Shown: positions 1 through 11,165 of the stretch, one piece after another
Position numbering within the stretch: the stretch's first letter is position 1
Layout of the letters: every line of letters begins with the position of its first letter
Assembly: GCF_963921235.1 (NCBI RefSeq)
Contig: NC_086098.1
Span: 237,088,001-237,152,000 of the forward strand
DNA length: 64,000 nt
Origin: Mobula hypostoma
Lineage: Eukaryota
Direction of reading: 5' to 3'
Notes under the pieces: generated by a model
What the model was told of the DNA's origin: nothing
Seen by the model: only the letters and a program-made list of their open reading frames with translations
Database searches by the model: none
Made by a program: the position numbers and the translations under genes

Positions 1-299
1 AATGGAGCTTAGGTGGAAAAACCCCGCTGTTGGACCAGAACGTTTATTGTGTGCAGTCGAATACTACTCACTCGGAAACAATGAGCACGTTCACACGCAC
101 AGGACTAGTAAATCAACGTTGATTGATAGAAGACCAAGCCCGCGAAATCGCCAAATCACATGATGTCACATAACCGACCAATAAGTAGTCACACAGAGGA
201 TAGGACAGAAGCCATTGAGCTCATCAGGGAGGAAAACCTTGTTATTCCCTACTTCATTGGGTTTAATTTTGTAAGAGATAATAGTATTCAAACTATGCT

Positions 300-925
300 T
301 CGGTTGTCGAGCATCCTTCAGTGATTGAAGTTTACTTTGGCATTGCTATTTTAAGCGGCGTGAGATGTCTTTCCAGCAATCGTACCTGGATCAGCTGTAT
401 TAGACTTGTTTGCCAGACCTGAATCAACTGATCTGCCCTCATCAGATTGCGGATCTCACTGTTTATTTCGGGTTTCTGGTTGGGAAAGCCTCTGAATGAT
501 TTTGTGGGACCTTCTGTGACAACCGTGCTCTATTTATTAAGACCATGTGGGAAGTAAGTATAGAAATAGCAAAAAAAAACCCAGAAAAATATATATTTAA
601 AAAGTGAGGAAGTGTTCAAGAGTTCAATGTCCATGAAGGAATCGGATGGCAGAGGGAAAGTAGCCGTTCCTGAATCGGTGAGTGTGTGCCTTCAGGCTTC
701 TGTACCTCCTACCTGATGGTAACAGTGAGAAAAGGGCATGCCCTGGGAGCTGGAGGTCGTTAATAATGGATGCTGTCTTTCTGTACACCGTTTCTTGAAG
801 ATGTCCTGGGTACTTTGTAGGCTAGTACCCAAGATGGAGCCGAATACATTTATACCCCTCTTCAGCTTCTTTCGGTCCTGTGCAGTAGCTCCTCCCCAAT
901 ACCATAGCAGCCTGTCAGAATGTTC
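300..925 (-). mobile_element. Rex1/Babar-type LINE fragments (degenerate)
   Basis: The minus strand gives FPNQKP-like linker residues (~300-500) and the C-terminal pattern ...GHALFSLLPSGRRYRSLKAHT-RFRN-YFPSAIRF (~640-925). Confidence 0.6.
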
Positions 926-929
926 TCCA

Positions 930-1975
930 CATTTTGCGACAGGTGAGGTACCAGAGGGTTGGAGAATAGCTAAAGTTGTTCCGCAGTTTAAGAAAGCTTT
1001 AAATTAAACTAGAAATAATAGACCAGTGAATTTGACATTAATATTGTGAAATTTATTGGAAGGTATTCAAAGGGACCGGATATTTTAGTATTTCGATAGA
1101 CATATACTGTTTAGGGATAGTCAAGACGATTTCATGCAGGTCGTGTCAAATCAATCTTATAGAATTTTTGGAGAGGTTTCCAGAAAAGTTGATAAAGGCG
1201 AGGCTAGGAATGCTATCTACATGGACGTACGCAAGGCATGTGACAAGTTTCCACATGGGAGGCTGGTGAAAGAGGTTCAGTCGCTCGGCATTCACGATGC
1301 GGTAGTAAGTTGGATTAGATATTGACGTTGTGGGAGAAGCCGGAGAGTGAAAATAGATCGTTGCCTGTCTGACTAGCGGCCTGCGACTAGTGGAGTGCCG
1401 CAGGTACTGGTGAGGAGTCCTGTGTTGTTTGTCAGCCATATCAATGATCTCAGTGATAATGTGGTTAACTGGATCTGTAAATTAGCATATGACACCAAGT
1501 GTGTACTGGACAGCGAGGAAGGCTATCATGGCGTGCACCGGGAACTGGAGCAGTTGGAAAAATAGGCTTTAAAGTGACATCTAACATGTCATGTACATAA
1601 GCCCGAGGTGTTGTACTTTATTAGGACCAAGCAAGGTAGGTATTAGACAATGAACAGAAACGCACTAAGGTGCGCTATAGATCGACAGGATCTATGAATG
1701 CAGGTGAATAATTCATTGAAAGTAGCACCACAGGAAGATACTCTCGTAAAGAAAACTTTTAGCACATTAGCTTCCGAAATCAAAGTAGCGAGTTCAGGAG
1801 ATGGGATGTTAAATTGAAGATGCTGGGACATACTTCGGAGTATTTTCTGCAGGTTTGGTCACTCTCCGACGGGAAAGATGTAAATAAGTTTGAAAGAGTG
1901 CAGACAAAATCTGCAAGGATGTAGCTGGGATTAAGGACTTGGGTAATAACGAATAACAAGAAAAGGTATCTCAAT
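930..1975 (+). mobile_element. CR1 LINE fragment (degenerate RT)
   Basis: Residues GEVPEGWRIAKVVPQFKK and KACDKFPHGRL, with decayed RT and C-terminal motifs. Confidence 0.85.
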
Positions 1976-2212
1976 ATAGTATATGGTGACATATATCTAC
2001 TTTGAAACTAAATTTAATTTGAGCGTTGAAGATAACTGCGCAGTGACTGGCGGGCAGTTCCCAGAAACTAAGACTAGTTTTGGTGTTCAGGTAATTGATA
2101 GGTCAGGGATTAATGACGGAAATAGGAACTGAAATGAAAAGTCGTCCCTTATCGCATTGAATTATGGAGTGGGTGGAATGGACCCCTCCGATTTCTGTGT
2201 GCTATGTTATTA

Positions 2213-3684
2213 GAGTGCCTATACAAAGTATTCATTCACTCCTTGGAAGTTTTCATGTTTTATTGTTTTACACCGTTGAATCACAACAGATTTATTCTGG
2301 CTCTTTTGACACTGATCAACAGAAAAGACTCTTTTGTGCCAAAGTAAACACAAATTTCGACAAAATTGTTCCAACTTTATTACAATTATTAAACACAAAA
2401 TAATCGCTTCTATACTTACCTCTTCAATTCAGTATTTATTAAAAGCACCCTTGGCAGCAATTACAACTTTGAGTCCGTATGGATAGGTCTCCAGCAGCTT
2501 TGCACAGCTGGATACTGCAATTTACCCCCAATCTTCTTCAAAAAACTGCTCAGGCACCTGTTCGTGGCAAAAACTACACCATGAAGACAAAAGAACACTC
2601 CAAGCAACTCCACGAAAAAGCCATTGTAAATTTAGCTCAAATCAGGAGATGGATAAAAGAAAATTTCTAAATCACTGACTATAATTTGGAGCACTGTTAA
2701 GTTAACTTTCAAGAAATTAATATAACATGGCATAGCTGTAATTCTGTAGATCGGGAGGTCCTCAAAAACTGAGTGACCGTGTAAGAAGGGGACTAGTGAG
2801 GCAGGGCTCCAAGTGACCTATAACTACTCTGGAGGAATTAGAAGCTTGAGTGTTTGAGATGGGAGAGAATGCACATAGAGTTGTTGCCCGGGTGCTTCAC
2901 CAGCCGTAGCTTTATGGGAGAGTGGCAAATAGAAAGCTACTGTTGAAAAAAAAGTCACATGGCATCTCGGTTCCAGTTTGCCAGAAGGCATGTGAGAAAC
3001 TCTGAAGTCAGTTGGAAGAATGTTCTATAGTCTGCTGAAGCCAAATTTGAGCATTGTGACCATCAGAGTAAACACTATGCTTCGCGTAAGCTAAACATTG
3101 AACATCATAAAAAACACACCGTCCTAAGCCTGAATCATAGTGCTGGATGCATCATGCTCTGGGGATGCTTCTCTGCAGCAGGCCCTGGAAGGCTTGTGGA
3201 GGTAGAGGGTAAAATAAATCCAGCAATATAGAGGGAAATCCTAGAGGAAAGCCTGAACCAGTTTGTAGGAGAACCACGACTTAGTAGAAGATTTCTTTTT
3301 AGGAAGATAAATACCCCGAGTGTAATCCAAAAGCTACACAGTAATGGCTTGAAACAACAAAATTGATGTCCTGGAGTGGCCAGATGTGCAAAGCTAACAG
3401 AGACCTATCCGCACAGACTCAAGGCTGTAATTGTATACAAAAGTGCATCCACTAAATACAGGTTTGATGGAAAGAGTAATTATAAAACCAATTATTTTGT
3501 TTAATAATTGTAGTACATTTAGACCAATTTGTAGAAATCTGTTTTCACATAGACACCAAAAATTATTTTCTGTTGATCAGTATCAATAAACGTAATTAAA
3601 TCCACTGTGATTCAATATTGTAAATCAATAAAACATGAAATCTTCCCGGAGGGTGTGTGGATGAATGTTTTTCTTTAGGCACTG
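2213..3684 (+). mobile_element. Tc1-like DNA transposon, degenerate
   Basis: Long imperfect TIRs (gagtgcctatacaaagtattca...catgttttattg and caataaaacatg...aggcactg) with TA on the left. The transposase start MKTKEHSKQL is at 2581, followed by stop-riddled DD34E-type sequence (WGCFSAAGPG-like at ~3160). Confidence 0.88.
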
Positions 3685-3759
3685 CATGTTCCCCACTGAG
3701 ACCATTAAAATATCCCTCCGGCGAGGCTTTTGTGCATGGGACTGGAGAACGTGTCTCAG

Positions 3760-4600
3760 ATAGATAGATAGATATATTTTATTAATCCCGAGGGAAATTT
3801 GGTTTCGTTACAGCCGCACCAACCGAGAATAGAGCGTAAATATAGCAATACAAAAAACCCCAACAATCAAACAACAAAATGCAAACTATGCCAGATGGAA
3901 AATGAGTCCAGGACCAGTCTATTGGCTCAGGGTGTCTGACCCTCCACGGGAGGAGCTGCACGTTCGATGGCCACAGGCAAAAAACGACCTCTCGTGCCGC
4001 CAGTGTTGTATCCCTGTGGAATGTGGCCGAAGTCCAATAGTAAAAAGTTCAGTATCCAGTCTGCAAACACATTCCTCGATCGTAATGTAATCCGGATTGC
4101 ACCATCCGTTGTTAACTAGATCAGTAAGCACGAAACTCCTTTACGCTTACCGCTCTCGGTGCACTTCCGGTCAGGCGGAACGGTATTACCCACCGAACTC
4201 CTCTTCTCCAAAAGTCTCTGTTGTCTTGACCCGGTCCTCTTTCCTCGGCTTTGTGATCCCCCCCTCTGTGTGTTTTCCTCCGGATTTCAGCAGGGGTGTC
4301 CACCGCTCTGTTAGCTAAGCCGGCCGGGATTTGCTGGTCCGTGAAATACACAATGTGACCTTGCTTCAGTCCCGCGTATCGGGATGTAACCATTTCCAGC
4401 GCTAAAGAAAACCCAAATAAAACTCTCTATACCAGCATGTTAGAGAGGGTGCAGCTTCGACGTGTTACCGTGAGAAAAAAAATACAAAAATAACGTAAAT
4501 TAAAAAATAAGAAGAAGGAAGTAAAAGAATAGATGGGGTGGCAGATTTGAAAGAGAAGAGACATCTCTGTTCGTATTTGAACAGCTGTCTGTTTTAGATA
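3760..4600 (-). mobile_element. Internally deleted Rex1/Babar-type element (5' end fused to 3' end)
   Basis: 3760-4100 matches the reverse complement of the 3' end seen at 28650-28975 (ctgagccaatag-ctggtcctggact) and has a (GATA)n tail. 4120-4400 encodes an N-terminal-like segment (HIVYFTDQQIPAGLANRAVDTPAEI). Confidence 0.55.
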
Positions 4601-5288
4601 CTCAAGAATTATTGAAGATATCTTGTCATGTTTCCTGAAAGATCATATGATTGTGTGTGGGTTCGGGTGTAGAAAGAGGCTGTTTGTTCTTTGTGGAGGG
4701 ATTAAAAGAATCGATAACTTCATGTGAAGAGAATGGCCACGTCACAAGAAAATGCCCTCACAGTGTAACACTCCCAATGCTGTCCAAAATTTGGCCAAAA
4801 GGTCATTTTCTTTCCGCAGCGAAGGATAGAAATTAAAAGCAGAGGTGAAGTACGGCGAAGGGGTGCAGAGATTCCCAATCATGGCAGGAATATGATGCGT
4901 TATCTGCTAGAAAACACCCAACGTACCGCGGGCAGCCTTGTTAAGACCTACCAGGATAAACCTGCCGCTACATGCTTCTTTATTAAGTTCTGCATTGCAC
5001 GAGATGCAATCCTAACACGGTTACCGGCTGGGGAGAGGTGGGGTAGGTGGGAGACGTTTTCCCCTCATTCTTCACCCAGCAGAAATTCAGACACAGCTCA
5101 GTGGGGATAATTCTACAGAGAATTATGCGTTGCTATTGAAGGATAAACATCGCGGTAACTTGGGAAGTTATTAAACGGTTGTGTTTTCCCGGATGTGGAT
5201 CTGCACTGTACATTTACATTAGCAAGTGCAGGTTTCACTATATTAAGCAGGAACAGACAATCCGGTTTTCCTGCCAATCTGCACGGCC

Positions 5289-5333
5289 TCACGGTGCACA
5301 GGCCGCTGAAGAGATGGTGTTACGCAAAAGTGG
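5289..5333 (-). pseudogene. IgL pseudogene, remnant 3' end of C exon
   Basis: It translates as PLLRNTISSAACAP*, versus SPLRNTISSSACAQ* in the intact C exon. The downstream flank 4610-5290 aligns by eye with 32520-32760 plus 33545-34115. Confidence 0.85.
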
Positions 5334-5334
5334 A

Positions 5335-6909
5335 CGATTATCTAAACGGGGATAAGGTTCAAACATCAGAGATGCTGAGGGAGTTAGAAGTCCAGACTTC
5401 CAGAAGTATAATTTACAGGTTGAGTTTGTAGTAAAAGAGGCAAATGCAAAGTTGGCATTTATTTCGAGCAGAATAGAATATAAAAGCAAGGAGATGATGC
5501 TGAGGCTTTATAAGACACTAGTCAGGCCGCACTTAGAGTATTGTCAACCGTTTAGGGCCCCATATATCAGTAAGATGTGGTAAGAGGGAGTCCAGAGGTG
5601 GTTCACAAGGATGATTCCGGGAATGACAGGGTTGTTACGTACCCCGTGACGGGTTATAGAACCAGCACAAATGGGAAACACTTTGGAGTCCAGTATTGCT
5701 CTTAACTAATGGTATTTATTAGTAACTACGCAATACAGTACTACAAATGTAGATAAATCAAACAGGTTAGCAATGATTATATATATGTAAGTGTGGAACT
5801 ATATGAAAACCAAACTTCTTCAAGTCTAGGGGTAAATAGATACAATCTCACGATGATGAGTAAAGTTCAGTTCAGTTCGCGGTGTTGAGTTGAGTAGTGA
5901 TGGAGAGAGAGAGAAAGGGAGAGATTTGAGTTTTCAGGTGAGCTGACGCCGTCTATGTACCCGTTGCCCTCCAAAATCCATTAGAAGTCACCGACTGTGA
6001 CCACAACAAAGGGGACCATTCTTCTGTGGTGGAATTATCAACCCAGGCGAGGGTTGAACACACAAACAACTCCCCACCGGTCACTCTCTTTTCACACTGT
6101 GACAGCCACTGATCAATCCGCCTGATCGATCCTCCAAACCCACTTTTTCTGTGGGCACAACAAGGTTCATTCAGTGTCCAAAACCATGTGTCTGTCCGTT
6201 TATCATCTGATCTTCTATTTATCTCATTGTGCTGAATAACAACTGTCACTCAAACAGCTCCTCCCTTCTATGTCTGTAAGAACTTCTAAGCAGGCAGCGT
6301 CCTTGTAGAAATGTAAAATGCTGCTGAAAGCCCATAACATCATCCAAAGCTGTCTTCGCCCCTCTCTCTCTTAAAAACAAGATGTCGATGTTAAATAACT
6401 CTCTCTCTCTCTCTTTTCAAGAGCACAGTTCATAGGGGTAATTCAGGACTCCGTCACAGGGTTAACATATGAAGCGCGTTTGGCAGCTTTGGACCTGTAA
6501 TGCTTGGAATTTAGAAGAATATGGGGGTGGGGGGGGATGGAAAAGGGGTCTCATTGAAGCCTACAGAATGTTGAAAAGGCTAGATAGGGTGGATGTGGTG
6601 AAGGTGTTTCCATGGTGGGGTACCCAGAACTAGAGGGCACAACCTCAAATTGAGGGGCGACCTTTTAGAACAGAGGTGAAAAGGAATGTTTTTAGACAGA
6701 GTAGTGAATCTCTGGAATGTTCTGCCACAGACTGCGGTGGAGGCCAAATCCGTGAATATATTTGAGACAGAAGTTGATCGGTCTGGCGAGACATGGCGAG
6801 AAGGCCGGTGTATGTAGTTGAGTGGGGTCCGGGATCAGCAATGATGGAAGGGCGGAGCAGACTCGATCGGCTGAATGGCCCAATTCTGCTCCTACGTCGT
6901 ATGGTCTTA
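5335..6909 (+). mobile_element. 5'-truncated CR1 LINE inside the IgL pseudogene, split by a solo LTR
   Basis: CR1 C-terminal coding sequence is continuous across the LTR (ggaatgacagggt|taacatatgaag). The CR1 3' UTR ends in tatggtctta at ~6909. Confidence 0.88.
5633..6458. mobile_element. Solo LTR with 4-bp TSD GGGT
   Basis: It starts TGTTACGTACCCC and ends CCGTCACA, with GGGT at 5629-5632 and 6459-6462. Confidence 0.9.
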
Positions 6910-6910
6910 C

Positions 6911-7200
6911 GGACATGCTAAGCGGGCGGTTTGTCCGTCGGAGACAGGGCCGGACATTGGTGTCTGATTGACGAGTCGGACTGTTGTAAAACACAATAAC
7001 CTGGAGTGCACAAATCGCTTAATGTGCGTTTAAATCAGCAGTAATCAGATGGATACAGCAACCGCCCACATTTCCGACTGAATCACACACTGGTTTGCAA
7101 ACACGGTTATTGGCTCCGGTTCCAGCGTCTGAAAGCTCGAGTCCCCGGTGTGTTTATTAACCGGAAAGTTCATGAATGGGAGGCGCCAGGGAAAGGCCGC
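6911..7200 (-). pseudogene. IgL pseudogene, remnant V FR1 plus promoter (leader exon deleted)
   Basis: 6911-6980 translates as RLVNQTPMSGPVSDGQTARLAC, versus PVLNQTPMSGPVSAGQTARLEC in the intact gene. The acceptor is disrupted, the equivalent of 36236-36339 is missing, and the promoter blocks match 36340-36490. Confidence 0.88.
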
Positions 7201-8094
7201 AGGCGGAGACTAACTACTCGTCCTTTGAAATCTATTAATGGCGACCTACTGATATCTAACACTTATCCTCTAACTTCAAGAACATTTCCTCCTCAGTTGT
7301 ATCACATGTCCAGTCCAATAGAAGGTTGATAAAGACGCAGTCTAAGCATTCATCCCATCGAATTTGCTTCAATAGGTAATGAAATCTAAATTGTTCAAGG
7401 TCACACTTATCAAATCCACACAATAAGGTTAACGTCCAAAGCCCCTTACACTTTGTTGATACCTTCACCAAAATACAGTGGTGACCATTGTTCAGAAATC
7501 ACCGAATTCATCAAATTAGAACGTGCCCCAACGCTGAGGTTCATAAAGTTCAAAGTAAATTTATTATACAAATACTTATATGTCACCGTATGCTTCTCTG
7601 AGAATCATTTTGTTGCGGACATTCAAGCAGATACTAAAAGTACAATGGAATCAATGAAAACACTACGCAAAAACGAAGACTGTCAATCAATGTGCAAAAG
7701 AAGACAAACTGCAGAAAAAAAACAGATAGCTAGCTGGTTAGCTAGCTAGATGGATAGAAAGATAGGTTGGTGGGTAAATAAATAGACCACATGAGTTTGT
7801 CGAATTAATTATGAGTCGAGGTAAGTGAAGTTATCTGTTTTGGTATACGTATCTGATCATCCAAAAAAAAAGCACATCGAAATCTTCCAAAAGAAGCACT
7901 CCAATTCTCTGGATGTAACTTCCGCAGCCTTGGAAAAACTCAGCAATACGCCTACCAAAATGGACTGATTCCGCACCATAACCCTAAAATTTACTCCATT
8001 CCTATTTGCATAATGGGCATACCGTGTGGGCCATTTAAAAAAGAAGGCAAGGGTATGCTCCTCGGTTATTGGACTCTCGCATTCTCTCCCTGAT

Positions 8095-8285
8095 CCAATG
8101 TTTTTGTAGCACTGATGCCTCTCTTTCTCCCTTCCTCTTTCTCTCGCTCTCTCTCCCTCACTCCTTCCCCTCCCAACACTCTCTCTCTTTCTCTTTCTCT
8201 CTCCCCTCTCTATCTATCCTTCCCTCTCTTCCCCCGCTCTTTTACCTTTTACTCTCTCAGTCTCTCTCTCTACTCCTATTCCTCC
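8095..8285. repeat. CT-rich low-complexity tract
   Basis: Imperfect (CT)n/(CCT)n polypyrimidine run. Confidence 0.9.
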
Positions 8286-8899
8286 ATCCTGCCTTACATG
8301 GTTGGTTACTTTTACTCAGGACAGGCCCTATCTTATTTTGCTGAATCACAGATCCCATTCTCCCATTCACAAATTAGGTTTTGGATTTGAAACTGATAAC
8401 TACTCTGCAACTAATTCACTTTCAATCTGCTCAAAGAAAGGGAAAATATTTGGGCCTTACTCAGGCATATACCGTGGAAAATAATAACCACACCACCGTG
8501 AGACACAACTATCTCTCACACTTGCCTCCTCTCTCTCTCTCTCTCTCTCTTTGTCCCATCGCATTCTTTTTCAGTATCACTCTCCTTTCTCATTCAGTCT
8601 GTGCCACTAGTTCTACAATATGTTGAACCCAGGAATATGTGAACATTTGCATCCCCGATCAAAACCTCACTAAGAAGAATTGGCTTTCAGTGCTATTTGC
8701 TTCTTCAAAACAATCTTCTTTCAAATTCTATCGGCTTTGAATGTCACGTTTGCCTGTCGTTGTACTATATACCCGTGAGACACTTTTTGCTTCCTTGTAC
8801 ATTTGGTACATTTCACTGCCGTTTCCTTTCGTTACATTCTAATGTCCCTATTTCTCAGTCTTCAAATTCATCCATGCCTAAGTTTGCAGTCTCTTTTTC

Positions 8900-11165
8900 T
8901 TACACCAGAACACTAGAATACCGCAGCATAGTACAGCCCCTTTCGGTCCTCGATGTTGTGCCGACCCATATATTCCTAAAAAAAGTACTAAACCCACACT
9001 ACCCGTAACCCTCTGTTTTACTTTCATCCATGTGCCGGGTCCAAGAGGCTCTTAAATTACCCTAATGTTTTAGCCTCCACCACCATCTCTGGGAAGTCAT
9101 TCTAGGCACCCACAACCCTCCGTGTAAAAAACTTACCCCGATGTCTCCCCTAAACTTCCCTGCCTTAACTTTGTACATATGCCCTCTGGTGTTTGCTATT
9201 CGTACCCTGGGAAACAGGTACTGGTTATCCACCCTATCTATGCCGCTCATAATATTGTAGACCTCTATCAAGTCCCCTCTCATCCATCTACGCTCCAAAG
9301 AGAAAAGTCCCAGCTTTGCTAACCTTACCTTATAAGACTTGTTTTCCAATCCAGGTAACATTCTAGTAAATCTCCTCTGCACCCTCTCGATAGCGTCCTC
9401 ATCCTTCCTTTAATGAGAATACCAGAACTGAACACAATACTCTAAGTGTGGTCTCACCAGAGATTTGTAGAGTTGCAACATGACCTCTCTACTCTTGAAC
9501 TCAATCTCCCTAATAATGAAGCCTTGCATCCCACAGGCCTTCTTAACCATCCTGTCAACCTCTGCAGCGACCTTGACGGATGTATGGATTTGAACCCCAA
9601 GGTCCTTCTGTTTGTCCACACTCTTAAGAGTTACAAAATACACATGGACTAAGATATTAACTGTCCTGTGCTATCACCAGTGGGATCATCAGTTGATCTG
9701 CCACCTGTCTTCAGGAGTTTCGGCCCGCTTATGATCAAGACCCCTTCGAAGTGGTGGGCCAGCAGTGCTAAAGCACCACCTCCCACTGGTGAGCTTAAAA
9801 AACTTGGCACCTGCCTCTATCAGAGTTGTTGGTCACTTCCATCCAACAGATAGTCTACTCTTCAGGTGTCTATGCAACTACTGAAGGGTTTACAAGATAT
9901 GTATACACAGTCTGACTATCTGCCCCTCTGGACATACTTGGTCCACACCCATGCTGATCCTTTCTCTGCTGCCTGAGCTACAGCCCTGCTGGTTGACTTG
10001 GTCTCTCTTCTAGTGAAGCCAAGGTCACGCAGCCACTTCTGGAGAGTGAACGCAATAAACCCACGACAGCCTACTTCGAATGGATAGCATGAGACCTTCC
10101 ACCCTCTGTCTCTGCACTCTGATCTCAACTCTGCATACTTGGTTAACTTGCGCTCGTGGGCCTCATCGATGTTGTCTTCCCAGGGGACTGTGAGTTCACC
10201 AATAACCGCTTTCTACTGGTGTCAGACCATACGATTATATCTGGACGCAATGTTGTAAAAGCTATTTGCTCAGGGAAACTGCCTTTCCCGTCTAAGTCAG
10301 CCTTGACACACCAATCATTGGCTGAAGAAAGTATGCTTGATCCTGAACCTATGCTGCACACCCTTGACTTGGAACCTTCTTTCACAAATGATATGCGATG
10401 TTCTGTGCAGCATGGGGCATGAGATAAGTTGTGCTGCAGTACTCTCTGCTCAACCGCTTCTGTTACAACTTTGAGAACGTTGTTATGTCTCCACGTGTAC
10501 ATACCGCTGGAAAGATTGACTCTGCATGCACTCAAGATATGTTGAAGTGTTCCCTTCTCGCCACAAGCAGCACACCTGTCTGTCTTATCTTCATACCAGG
10601 TGCTGAAGTAACCGACCATTAATCCTGTACTCAGCCTACTGATTTGTCCTTCCAAAATGCATCACCTTACACTTGTCCGGATTGAACTACATCTGTCAGT
10701 TTTCTGCCCAACCCTGCATCCTGTCTATATCCTCTTGTAACCTTCGACAACCTACAGCTCCATCCACAACTCCTCCAATCTTCGTGTCATCCGCAAATTT
10801 ACTGACCCATCTTTCCGCCTCTTCATCCAGGTCATTTATAAAAATCACAAAGAGCAGGGATCCCAGGACAGATCCTTGCGGCACGCCACTAGTCACCGAC
10901 GTCCAGGCAAAATACTTTCCTTCCACTACTACTCTCTGCTTTCTTCCTGCAAGCCAATTTTTTATCCAAACAGCCAAGGTTCCACTGATCCCATGCCTCA
11001 TAACTTTCTGGATGAGTCTCTCGTGGGGGACCTTGTGAAATGCCTTGCTAAAATCCATGTAGACCACATCTACCGCCCTACCCTCCTCAATTTCTTTTGT
11101 TATCTCTTCAGAAACTCAGTGAGGTCCGTGAGGCACGACCTTCCCTTCAAAAAGGCATGTTGACT
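8900..11165 (-). mobile_element. CR1 LINE 3' portion, interrupted by a Hero-like element at ~9632-10612
   Basis: RT motifs [23 protein letters not shown] and SKFADDTK lie at 10696-11067. The C-terminus ([20 protein letters not shown]) lies at 9062-9630. The reading resumes across the insertion (aggattaatggt...actcttaagagt). Confidence 0.9.
9632..10612 (-). mobile_element. Restriction-like-endonuclease non-LTR retrotransposon 3' fragment (Hero/NeSL-like)
   Basis: CCHC knuckle CAACGEKGTLQHILSAC, then RHNNVL, LRPDIIVWSD and, across two 1-nt frameshifts, ELTVPW-EDNIDEAHERKLTKY. It continues PFEVGCRGF...AAEKGSAWVW, followed by a ~280-nt 3' UTR. Confidence 0.8.

Noticed and set aside
6692-6994. 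100-aa ORF over the V remnant
   Set aside because: It is off-frame relative to the V remnant and runs into antisense CR1. Only the alternative frame is meaningful.
9680-9740. CGAAAC...CTGATGA in the Hero-like 3' UTR (possible hammerhead)
   Set aside because: Stems II and III and the NUH cleavage triplet could not be paired by eye.
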